From assembly GCA_030632085.1 (NCBI GenBank), contig DAOVJY010000001.1, forward strand, positions 207,402 through 271,401: DNA of 64,000 bases, read 5' to 3'. The translations under genes and the position numbers were made by a program. This stretch comes from Candidatus Omnitrophota bacterium (lineage in GTDB: Bacteria > Omnitrophota > Gorgyraeia > JAGLLT01). Position 1 is the first letter of the stretch; every line of letters starts with the position of its first letter. Shown here piece by piece: positions 20,674 through 29,894 of this stretch. Under the pieces are notes generated by a model. It was not told the DNA's origin, made no database searches, and worked only from the letters and a program-made list of their open reading frames with translations.

Positions 20674-21566
20674 TCGCCTATCCTTTTCTTTACAATATAT
20701 TCCTTAAAATATTCCTTGAGGGTATACTTTGTTTTAAAATTTAATTGCTTTTTCGCTTTAGAAATATCGGCTACAATATTTTGCACTTTAGAATTAGTTA
20801 TTTTTTTATACTCTGGTTTTATCCCTAAAATATTTCCAATTTCACTACAAATTTTAGTAATACTCTTACATTCATCACTAGCAATATTGAAAATTTCATT
20901 ATCTCCGGTTGTCATAACTTTTTTAATAACCTCAACTAAATCTCCTATATATATACTGGAGACAACCGGCTGATTATCATTATAAACTTTTATCTGTTCT
21001 CCTGTCATAACTCTACGAATTAAACTTGGAATAAATCTATTTTCCTCCTGACCAAACCCATAAGGAAAATATAATCGCAGAATACTATACTTGAAGTAAT
21101 CTTTATACATAGGTATTAACTTCTCTGAAAAATACTTTGAAAGAGCATAAAAATTGTCGGGATTGACTTGATCATTTTCCGTGACTGCATCACTTCTATA
21201 TCCATAAACGCCTCCCGTTGAAGCAAAGATAAACTTCTTGAGACTTTCCCTCTTGCCATACTCTAATAATTTTAATGTTGATATCACATTTATATTAAAG
21301 CTATTCAAAGCATCTTCTTCAAAACCTTTATTTCCAACAACAGATGCCAAGTGAATAATAATGTCTATATCTTTTGGTAAAGAATTGATGTTTATTTTAG
21401 ACAAATCCATACTAATAAATTTAAAATTATCATGATTGAAATCCAATTTTTTAATATCAAGACCAATTACATGGTAGTCATTTATAATATTTTTTACTAA
21501 ATTTCGACCAACAAAACCGCTTACCCCCGTAATCAAAACATTTACTTTTTTCATATTAGTTTCCAT
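20670..21566 (-). CDS. NAD-dependent epimerase/dehydratase
   Basis: ITGVSGFVG, YALSK. Confidence 0.88.
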   Translation of the reverse strand: METNMKKVNVLITGVSGFVGRNLVKNIINDYHVIGLDIKKLDFNHDNFKFISMDLSKININSLPKDIDIIIHLASVVGNKGFEEDALNSFNINVISTLKLLEYGKRESLKKFIFASTGGVYGYRSDAVTENDQVNPDNFYALSKYFSEKLIPMYKDYFKYSILRLYFPYGFGQEENRFIPSLIRRVMTGEQIKVYNDNQPVVSSIYIGDLVEVIKKVMTTGDNEIFNIASDECKSITKICSEIGNILGIKPEYKKITNSKVQNIVADISKAKKQLNFKTKYTLKEYFKEYIVKKRIGE

Positions 21567-21574
21567 GATAATAA

Positions 21575-23104
21575 TTAAATTTTTATTAAAACATAAGATT
21601 TTATTGTTTTGACAATCTTTTTGTCGGACAAATTAAGCTCTGAAAAATTAACATAGTGTTCATTGATAAGACAATAATTAATTCTATGCTCCCTAAAAAT
21701 ATCAGATAAAGGTTTTTTAACAATAGGATAAAAATCCTTTAATCCGTCCAGATGAGCCAAAGCACTCTCGGTTGAAAGAATCTTGCAATTCACAAAATAG
21801 GATACCGGAGAAATTAAATACATAGGTATCGTTGCTATGCGCACATCATCATTTAGACTATTAATATAATCCATCATCTCCCATAAATCTTTATGGATGC
21901 TTCTTTCTTTGTCTTTAAGCACGAGCTTCCTTTGGATTAATAAAGTCGGTATATATGCCAAAGTAATTGCCCAAATTATAAATAATGCTCCATACATTAA
22001 ACCATTTTGACTTTTTATTGCAACATTAAAAAGAATAGCTAATAAAATCGCTGTAGGAACAGCTGAATATTCTAAATACCTTTCCGCTTCACCAAGAAAT
22101 CTTATAGGTTTGATTAAATTTACAAGAACAGCTACCACAAAGAGGCTAATAGCCCAGACCAAAAGAAAATCATAAACCGTCGAGGAAACATTAACAAAAG
22201 TTAAGGCAGTTGTCTTTCCAATCAAAAAAAGCATTAAAAATAACAAAAAAACAAACGAATTTGAACCAAATAATGACAGAAGAGGAACTTTCTGCAGTAA
22301 ATTGTAAACTTGATTTATAAAATCAGGGCTTTTATTTTGCTTGTTTTCAATTCCTCGTATTTGATGAGCAAACCTATAATCTATATTTTCTCTGAAAAAA
22401 TTTAGCACAGCTACATGCCCCTTTAATACGGTTAAATAGTACCCCTTTGAAATCACGATGGCGATTAAAACAGCTAACAAGGGTATGCTAATGTATATAA
22501 AATTTAAAGTCCAAACTGAGAAAGCAATGCTTAGGAAAATTAAAGCTTGTAAAGCAAATTTATGAGACAATACTAAAATAACTGACATAAAAAGGGTCAA
22601 TAAAAAAAGTAATGGTTCTTGATAATGAACAGATAAAAGCATTGTAAGAAGAGTAAGTGAAAAAATAAGCTGACTGAAGGATCTTACTGAAAGCTGTGAA
22701 CTTTCAATAATAACTATTGGGGTTAAGCTATAAACTATCTGAGCAATTAAGGCAATTAATAAATTACGTGTTAGAAAATATGTTATAGCAAAAACGATTA
22801 TGCTGTGCAAAGCGTTTATAAAAGGTGAAATCCACCATTGATTTTTCTCTAAAAATTCCTTTCTAAAAAAAGAAAGTATATACAAAAAAATTGGCGGATA
22901 ATCAAAGGGCCCGGCAATTAAGTACTTATCCGGTATTGTTTTGGGAAGTTTGCCATTTTTTCTAATAATGTCAGCCATTTCCAGCAGCTTCCATGTATCA
23001 ACTCCAAAATAGCGATTATATATTCTGGGATATATCTGCAACAAAAAAGCGATACCGGCAATAATTGAGGTTACAAATAAGTTATGCAATAATGTCATAG
23101 CCAT
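21575..23104 (-). CDS. Uncharacterised polytopic membrane protein, putative GT-C fold glycosyltransferase
   Basis: FGVDTW...DYPP, RFAHQIRG and GEAERYLEYSA shared with 10947-12473. Confidence 0.6.
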   Translation of the reverse strand: MAMTLLHNLFVTSIIAGIAFLLQIYPRIYNRYFGVDTWKLLEMADIIRKNGKLPKTIPDKYLIAGPFDYPPIFLYILSFFRKEFLEKNQWWISPFINALHSIIVFAITYFLTRNLLIALIAQIVYSLTPIVIIESSQLSVRSFSQLIFSLTLLTMLLSVHYQEPLLFLLTLFMSVILVLSHKFALQALIFLSIAFSVWTLNFIYISIPLLAVLIAIVISKGYYLTVLKGHVAVLNFFRENIDYRFAHQIRGIENKQNKSPDFINQVYNLLQKVPLLSLFGSNSFVFLLFLMLFLIGKTTALTFVNVSSTVYDFLLVWAISLFVVAVLVNLIKPIRFLGEAERYLEYSAVPTAILLAILFNVAIKSQNGLMYGALFIIWAITLAYIPTLLIQRKLVLKDKERSIHKDLWEMMDYINSLNDDVRIATIPMYLISPVSYFVNCKILSTESALAHLDGLKDFYPIVKKPLSDIFREHRINYCLINEHYVNFSELNLSDKKIVKTIKSYVLIKI

Positions 23105-23112
23105 TTTTTATA

Positions 23113-24840
23113 TTACTCCTCCTCTGCCATTCTTTTTGCGAATAAACCTTTTATAAAATATATTCCATAGACGATATGAGTGGACATTATACCAAAAAAA
23201 ATCAAGCACATCAATTTAATTTTCATCGCGGGAATGCTATTCAATAGTAAGAGGCTTAAATAAAAGGCTACTGCGCCAAAATACAAGCCTCTTATACAAG
23301 GAAAAAAGAAGGAGAGTATGCCGCCTAAAATAAACCCTATATCAAATAAAGAAGGTATAAAATAACAAATCTTGAAAGAAGTTTCGGGATACTTTTTCAC
23401 GAAATAACCTCTATGGAGAGCATAGTTTTTTATTTGCTTTAGATGAACCTTAAACAGCTCCCTTCTATGATGATAAACTATAACACCGGGATCATAAATA
23501 ATTTTTTTATTAAGCAATTTTATTTTTAGACACAGGATCGTATCTTCTCCAGGCCAAAATTTAGTATTAAATCCTTTGATCTGCTCAAGCACTTCTTTTC
23601 TGACAAACAAATTACAAGATGGATAATCATCAACTTCTCTAACTTTGTAGGGAATATATCTATAGTTGTTAATCCCCGCGACTAGCCATGAGGAATAAAC
23701 GGCCCCACTGGCAATTTGATTGAGATTATCTGAGGCTGGTGTGACAGCCGGCCCACCCACAGCTGCTACTCTTTCATCTTCAAAATGACTAATCGTGTTC
23801 ATAATCCAGTCTTTTGTCGGCAAGGCATCATCATCTAAAAAAGCGACAATTTCACCCTTTGCTTCTCTTATGCCAACATCTCTTTTTTCAGGAGGCGTGA
23901 CACAACCCGTCGGCACTATATTAATCTTTTCATCCTGCAGCTCCTTATCAAATGAAAACTTCTCATCAGGCAAAACAATTATTTCATATTTTGGATAATT
24001 TAATTCTAAGCATTTCCCCATAGACTCTTTTAAGTACTCATTCATCTTAACTACCGGAATGACAATAGAAACCATCGGAAATATTGAAGGTTTTTTCTTT
24101 AGATAATCATAATATTTTAGAATATAGAGACGATAATAAATTGCAAGTACATCAATTACCACATAATACAAATGAAATAAGCTCAGGGGCTGCCATTTTT
24201 GGCGCGAACCCAATTTGATTGGAACATTTTTCACTTTATAATTAAGGTGCCGCGCAACTACAAAAATTTCAAGGTTCAAGGCATATTTTTTTGTTATTAT
24301 GCGTTCTACGATATTCTTTAGCACATTTCTCTTAAATAACATGCAATCAGTATTAACATCTTTTACATTAAGGCTGAAGAGCTTTTTTAAAAACCAATAA
24401 TAAAATTTAGATAGGACGTGCCTAACTGCCGGGTAATCGACATTGGATTCCGGATGAAATTTTGAAGCTACAATTATATCAGTAATTTCACCATCAAAGT
24501 CTTCAATAAATTTTCCAATATCCTCTTTCTTTAAATCTAAAGCTGGGTCAATAAAGAAAATTAAATCTCCTGAGGCAAATTGAAATCCCCTTAGCAAAGT
24601 AAAAACTTTGCCTACCTTTGGATCATAATTAACTATTTTGACCTTCTCTAAATCTAGTGCACACTCAGGAACTATTCCTTCTAAATTTAAACTCTCTTCC
24701 TCCTTGATAACAATAATAAACTCATAGAGATATGCTAGTTTATTTAGTACCTCGAGAATATCACTCATTTTAGACAAAAGCAGTTTTGTTTCAACGGAGA
24801 AAGGCATAATAATTGAAATTTTTAGATTATTTTTTTTCAT
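23113..24840 (-). CDS. Tandem GT2-GT2 fusion (degenerate N-terminal domain, intact C-terminal domain with TM tail)
   Basis: N-half resembles 26961-27704 but has FIDPALD instead of FLDADLD; C-half has FLDDD, GEDT and TM helices. Confidence 0.8.
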   Translation of the reverse strand: MKKNNLKISIIMPFSVETKLLLSKMSDILEVLNKLAYLYEFIIVIKEEESLNLEGIVPECALDLEKVKIVNYDPKVGKVFTLLRGFQFASGDLIFFIDPALDLKKEDIGKFIEDFDGEITDIIVASKFHPESNVDYPAVRHVLSKFYYWFLKKLFSLNVKDVNTDCMLFKRNVLKNIVERIITKKYALNLEIFVVARHLNYKVKNVPIKLGSRQKWQPLSLFHLYYVVIDVLAIYYRLYILKYYDYLKKKPSIFPMVSIVIPVVKMNEYLKESMGKCLELNYPKYEIIVLPDEKFSFDKELQDEKINIVPTGCVTPPEKRDVGIREAKGEIVAFLDDDALPTKDWIMNTISHFEDERVAAVGGPAVTPASDNLNQIASGAVYSSWLVAGINNYRYIPYKVREVDDYPSCNLFVRKEVLEQIKGFNTKFWPGEDTILCLKIKLLNKKIIYDPGVIVYHHRRELFKVHLKQIKNYALHRGYFVKKYPETSFKICYFIPSLFDIGFILGGILSFFFPCIRGLYFGAVAFYLSLLLLNSIPAMKIKLMCLIFFGIMSTHIVYGIYFIKGLFAKRMAEEE

Positions 24841-24844
24841 GTTT

Positions 24845-25846
24845 TTACCATCTTTTTAGATATGCCTTAAGAAAACTCCAGATATAGTTAAAAGGTATTC
24901 TTTTTAAATTATCTTTAAATAGTTCTCTATCTGCAATCTTCCTAATATCCTTTTGTACTTTTTTCCTTTTTTCTAAAATCGCCCCAAAATTAGCTATGTT
25001 CCAGCCAATAGATTTCATTATCGCTCTTGCATTACAAGGTTTTGCGAGAACTAAAAACATTACGCTAATTAGCAAGCATAGGAGTATATGTAGAGGCACA
25101 ATCAAAACAGCGTTTCCCAAAGACAAATTTTTCAAAAGAGTGCAAATTCTATTTTTAAAAGAGTGATAATCAATGAAGCTTGAATCAAGTTTTAGCGATG
25201 TGCCACTACCTTTATGATAAACGACGGACTTTGGTGAAAATGCTATTTTATGGCCCGACAACCAAACCCTCCAAAAAAAATCAGTTTCTTCAAAATAACA
25301 AAAGAAATTAGAATCAAAAAGTCCGGTTTTTTCAATAACTTCCCTTTTAACCGCAAAAGAAACTCCTTTAGGGGAAAAAACTTGTTTTACGTTATCATAC
25401 TGACCCTTATCTTCTTGAAGATAACCTACATGATAGATAAAACCCGTTCTTGTAAAATATGAACCAAATGTATCATATTTTTTAGGATCATCCATTAATA
25501 ACAACTTACTAAATGAAACACCAATTTTTTCATCAGATCTAAGGGTTTTTATTAATTCCGCTACAAAATTATTTCCTCCCTCAGTATCATTGTTAATAAA
25601 TAGTATGTAATCACCTTTTGAAGCTTTATAGCCAATATTATTTGCTTCAGCAAAACCAAGATTCTCTTTATTTTTAATTAATCTTACACTCGAATAATTA
25701 TCTTCAATAAAACCTATGGAATCATCAGTAGAATTATTATCTACTACAATAATTTCATAATTATCTAGTTTTTGGCCTTCTATAGAATCAAGACATTTTT
25801 TTAAAAATTCTTTTCCATTAAAATTGATAATTATGATTGATATCAT
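24845..25846 (-). CDS. GT2 glycosyltransferase (WbbL/rhamnosyltransferase-like)
   Basis: VVDNNSTD, NLGFAEANN, FINND, FFCYFEETD. Confidence 0.85.
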   Translation of the reverse strand: MISIIIINFNGKEFLKKCLDSIEGQKLDNYEIIVVDNNSTDDSIGFIEDNYSSVRLIKNKENLGFAEANNIGYKASKGDYILFINNDTEGGNNFVAELIKTLRSDEKIGVSFSKLLLMDDPKKYDTFGSYFTRTGFIYHVGYLQEDKGQYDNVKQVFSPKGVSFAVKREVIEKTGLFDSNFFCYFEETDFFWRVWLSGHKIAFSPKSVVYHKGSGTSLKLDSSFIDYHSFKNRICTLLKNLSLGNAVLIVPLHILLCLLISVMFLVLAKPCNARAIMKSIGWNIANFGAILEKRKKVQKDIRKIADRELFKDNLKRIPFNYIWSFLKAYLKRW

Positions 25847-25848
25847 TT

Positions 25849-26964
25849 TTATACGTTTTTACTTTTCTGCGCTGAAATTCTATTTATAATCATTAAACTT
25901 TTTTCAACTGTTGTATTCCAATTGTATTTTCTTGAATCCTCAAGAGCCTTTTGGCAATATTCCAATTTATATTCAGGCTTTTTCAAAAAATACGAACCGA
26001 TACTTTCAGCAAGAGAATCTATGGTATTTTCTTTTGCGAAAAAACCGTTTACTCCTTCACTTACCGAATCTTTTAGACCAGCTACTCTATAGGTTAGAGC
26101 CGGTGTACCCATGGCATTAGCTTCGGTTACAATCAAACCCCATCCTTCTCTTACTGAAGTAACTACAATCAGATGAGCTAAAGACATAAGCCTTAATTTA
26201 TCTTTATTATTTAGATTATGAAAGAACTTTATACCAGGTTCATCTTTAGCGAGTTTGTATAAATATTCCTTATGGGATTTATCTCCATTACCAACTATCC
26301 ATAACTTCAAATCAGGTTGTTTTACTCTAGCTAATTTATAAGCCTCGATTATATGATGTACTCTCTTTGATTTTTTTAATCTGCCAACATAAATTAGCGT
26401 AGGAGTTTCTTCTTTTTCAGGCAAACTATCAAGAGGCTTAAACTCTATGCCCATAGGTATAATGCTTATTTTATCAGCCTTAAAACCTAAATTGATTAAA
26501 TCATCTTTGGTGCTGTTGGAAATCGTTATCACATCATTATTATTATAACTTTTTATAAAAAAAGGTTCTATTGAATACCCAAGTAATGAAAGGGGAAATA
26601 CCGACTCATAAAACCAAACTTCTTTAGCCAACTGATTAATATGACAAACCACTTTTTCCTTAGCATAGCAATTTGAAAAAAAAGGTATAGTATTAATTTC
26701 ATCAATAATTAAATCAAACTTACCCTTGAATTCCTTTTTATAGTATATATATGCCTGCCAATATACGCTAATAGCATTACCGGCTCTTATAATATTAACA
26801 CCGTCAACGCTTTCTCTTTTTTTGGCTCCTTTAAAAAAACTTGAGAAAAATGTAACTTCATGGCCGGTGGTCACCCATCCTTTGGCCAGTTCATGGGTTA
26901 AAACTTCCGCTCCACCCGCTCTGGGACTTTTTATGTCTCTCCAGTTTAGTATAAGAATTTTCAT
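25849..26964 (-). CDS. GT4 glycosyltransferase
   Basis: WRDIKSPRAGGAE, YVGRL, REGWGLIVTEA (EX7E). Confidence 0.9.
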   Translation of the reverse strand: MKILILNWRDIKSPRAGGAEVLTHELAKGWVTTGHEVTFFSSFFKGAKKRESVDGVNIIRAGNAISVYWQAYIYYKKEFKGKFDLIIDEINTIPFFSNCYAKEKVVCHINQLAKEVWFYESVFPLSLLGYSIEPFFIKSYNNNDVITISNSTKDDLINLGFKADKISIIPMGIEFKPLDSLPEKEETPTLIYVGRLKKSKRVHHIIEAYKLARVKQPDLKLWIVGNGDKSHKEYLYKLAKDEPGIKFFHNLNNKDKLRLMSLAHLIVVTSVREGWGLIVTEANAMGTPALTYRVAGLKDSVSEGVNGFFAKENTIDSLAESIGSYFLKKPEYKLEYCQKALEDSRKYNWNTTVEKSLMIINRISAQKSKNV

Positions 26965-27704
26965 TTAATTTTATCGTAATATTTTAAGATATACATACGG
27001 TAAAAAACCGCCATGGTGTCCAGCCATGTATGCCATATATCTTTTAATTTTATTCTTCCAAACTCTCTTTGAAAATGAAGCTTAATAGGAGCTTCAACTA
27101 TCTTGTAGCCCAAATGGTGCGCGTTTACCAACAGCTCTAAATCAAAAGCGTACCTTTTAATTAATACTCTGGGAAAAGTATCCTTAAGAACTTCCCTCTT
27201 GAATAACTTTATGCCCGTCTGAGTATCCCTTACCGGTAAACCAAATAATAATCGGATAATATAATAATAACCATTACTGATTATTTTTCTACGCAAAGGG
27301 TAATTAACTTCAGACTCAGGATGTCTTTTGGAGCCAATGGCTACATCGGCTTCACATTTCTTCAAAACATCGAAAAGTTTTTCAACTTGCTGCGGATGTA
27401 AATCCAAATCCGCGTCTAAAAAAACAATATAATCACCCAGAGTATATCTAAAGGCTTTTTTTAAAGCCCTGCCCTTGCCAAAGTTGGTCCGGTTTCTTTT
27501 AGCGCATATATTTGCATGATCAGCCGCAAATTCCCTAATTTTATCATAAGTATCATCTTTGGAACCGTCATCTATTATTACTATTTCATAATCACTGCCA
27601 AACTCGTTAAAAGTACGCATAGTCTCTTTGATGCTGGAGATTATATGCGTTCCTTCATTATACGCGGGCATTATGATAGATATCTTATTCTTAATGTCTC
27701 TCAT
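26961..27704 (-). CDS. GT2 polyprenol-phosphate sugar synthase-like (DPM1/DPG-like)
   Basis: MPAYNE, DDGSKD, GKGRAL, FLDADLD, DTQTGIKLF, FDLELL. Confidence 0.85.
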   Translation of the reverse strand: MRDIKNKISIIMPAYNEGTHIISSIKETMRTFNEFGSDYEIVIIDDGSKDDTYDKIREFAADHANICAKRNRTNFGKGRALKKAFRYTLGDYIVFLDADLDLHPQQVEKLFDVLKKCEADVAIGSKRHPESEVNYPLRRKIISNGYYYIIRLLFGLPVRDTQTGIKLFKREVLKDTFPRVLIKRYAFDLELLVNAHHLGYKIVEAPIKLHFQREFGRIKLKDIWHTWLDTMAVFYRMYILKYYDKIK

Positions 27705-28965
27705 CTGTTTCTGACACCTTCTTTTGCCTAAAAGTAAAAATTAACAACGCCGCGCATATAATTACACCACTTACAGCCAGCGTCTGTATTACCATAAAAA
27801 GTGACTGTTTGAAAAAATTCAATAAAACCACATGCATAATAGAGCCGCCGAGCAGCACCCATAAAACTTTAATTCTATGGGCGGCAATGTTATAATAAAT
27901 CAAGATAGTAATCAAAGAGTAAGGGATAAAGGCAAAAACGAAAATCTTTAATAATGCCGGAACCTCAGCACTGTATGCGCTCTTTAAAACCAAACCTACT
28001 AAAAAATCAGCCAAAATAAATAAGATAATGGCAGCCAGGCTGCAAAGAGTAAAACTGTATTTCAGGGTTGTCTTTAGAAGCGGCAACGAAGATCTTTTAT
28101 CGGCGTAGGCGGCAGACACTTTAGGAAACATACCCGCGGCCAGGGCCAGGGGCAGATAGAATATTGTCCTGCCCAAAAGTGAAGCTGAAGAGTACACCGG
28201 TGACCCCTCGAGAAAACAATGCTGAACCATCAAAATATCAATAAAACAAATTATGTAACTAAAGAAAAAAGCTATCACTATCCACCAGCTGGTTTTATAA
28301 TAACCAATCAGGTTATCCTTAACGGGGTTTTCATAACCAAAGAAGATATCTTTAAGCCAATAAAAAATCAAAGCAAAAATTAATATATAAGCTATTATGG
28401 AAGCACTTATAATTCCCGTTACATTAAAACCAAGATATATCAAAGAACAACCTATCGTAAATCTCAATACGGCAAAAATAATCATACTCAATGACCACAA
28501 CTTAAATCGTTCCATACCCTGCAGGGCGCCGTAAACCACCGGGATAACAACCGATAAACACATCAGAAAACCGGTAACCATAACAGCCGTAACCGCCTCA
28601 GGCCTATTTAGAATAGAAGCAATTTTACCCGCAAACGGCAAAAAAGCAGCAAAGGCCACAAGTGCTATAAGCGAAATTTTGCCGAGGGTATGAACTAACA
28701 AGTATGAAACCTTACTGGTTTGAGCACTGGCGCGGTATTGTGATATCTGTTTTGAGACCATAGACAACACCGACATACCCAAAACGCCAAATATCATACT
28801 TAAAGTAAACAATGAGTACATAAAGGAAAAATCGCTTTCCGTCAGTTTACGGTTGGCTACAATCTGCAGGAAAAAATTAAACGAGCCGCTTACTATTGTA
28901 GCTAAAAATATTAAGCTGCTGTGTTTTAATAAATCATTTTTTGTCTTATCGTTAGAAAAATTCAT
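27691..28965 (-). CDS. Oligosaccharide flippase (Wzx/MOP family)
   Basis: About 12 hydrophobic segments, YGALQGMERF, MFPKVS; glycan-cluster context. Confidence 0.8.
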   Translation of the reverse strand: MNFSNDKTKNDLLKHSSLIFLATIVSGSFNFFLQIVANRKLTESDFSFMYSLFTLSMIFGVLGMSVLSMVSKQISQYRASAQTSKVSYLLVHTLGKISLIALVAFAAFLPFAGKIASILNRPEAVTAVMVTGFLMCLSVVIPVVYGALQGMERFKLWSLSMIIFAVLRFTIGCSLIYLGFNVTGIISASIIAYILIFALIFYWLKDIFFGYENPVKDNLIGYYKTSWWIVIAFFFSYIICFIDILMVQHCFLEGSPVYSSASLLGRTIFYLPLALAAGMFPKVSAAYADKRSSLPLLKTTLKYSFTLCSLAAIILFILADFLVGLVLKSAYSAEVPALLKIFVFAFIPYSLITILIYYNIAAHRIKVLWVLLGGSIMHVVLLNFFKQSLFMVIQTLAVSGVIICAALLIFTFRQKKVSETDERH

Positions 28966-29894
28966 TTGCCTTTATTGAACCACCTTATCGTTTTAATCAG
29001 GCCTTCCTCAACCCCTACCGCAGGCTGCCAATTAAGGTGTTTCTTGGCCAAATTTATATTCGGCCTTCTCAGCTTAGGGTCGTCCTCCGGAAGTCCTTTA
29101 TAACAAATCTTACTTTTAGAATTAGTGAGCTTGATAATCAAATTGGCTAATTCCAACATATTCATCTCAAAAGGACTACCTAAATTAATCGGGCCTGTCT
29201 GCTTAGATAGCATAAGTTTGTCAATAGCCTTAACTAAATCCGCAACATAACAAAAACTTCTAGTTTGAGTTCCTTTACCATAAACCGTTATTTTTTTATT
29301 AGCCAGGGCCTGTTCAATAAAGTTAGGAATAACCCTGCCATCATCACTTCTCATCATCGGCCCATATGTATTAAATATACGGCAAATCTTCACGTTTAAT
29401 TTATGCTTCTTATGATAAGCAATCGTAATTGCCTCCGCGAAACGCTTAGACTCATCATAAACACCACGCGGGCCTAAACAGTTAACATTTCCCCAATATG
29501 TTTCCGGCTGCGGATGAACCAACGGATCACCATAGATTTCCGAAGTTGAGGCCAAGAGAAAAACAGCTTTCTTGTTCTTTGCGATACCCAAGGCATTATG
29601 CGTGCCTAGAGAATTTACCTTGAGGGTTTTAATGGGATAATTTAAATAAAACACCGGAGATGCCGGTGAAGCAAAATGCAGAACATAGTCAATGCGTTCT
29701 TTAAACTTAATTGATACAGTTATATCATGTTTATTAAAAACAAAATTCTTATTCTTAAGAAGAGTTTTTATGTTTTCTTTTCTACCCGTTAAAAGACTAT
29801 CAAGGCAGATAACCTTATATCCCTTATCCAGCAAAAACCGGCATAAATGTGACCCAATGAAACCGGCCCCACCCGTAATTAACACTGTTTTCAT
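28962..29894 (-). CDS. UDP-glucuronate decarboxylase (UDP-xylose synthase)
   Basis: FASPASP, ASTSEIYGDP, YWGNVN, YDESKR, QTRSFCYV, DDPKLRRP. Confidence 0.9.
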   Translation of the reverse strand: MKTVLITGGAGFIGSHLCRFLLDKGYKVICLDSLLTGRKENIKTLLKNKNFVFNKHDITVSIKFKERIDYVLHFASPASPVFYLNYPIKTLKVNSLGTHNALGIAKNKKAVFLLASTSEIYGDPLVHPQPETYWGNVNCLGPRGVYDESKRFAEAITIAYHKKHKLNVKICRIFNTYGPMMRSDDGRVIPNFIEQALANKKITVYGKGTQTRSFCYVADLVKAIDKLMLSKQTGPINLGSPFEMNMLELANLIIKLTNSKSKICYKGLPEDDPKLRRPNINLAKKHLNWQPAVGVEEGLIKTIRWFNKGK

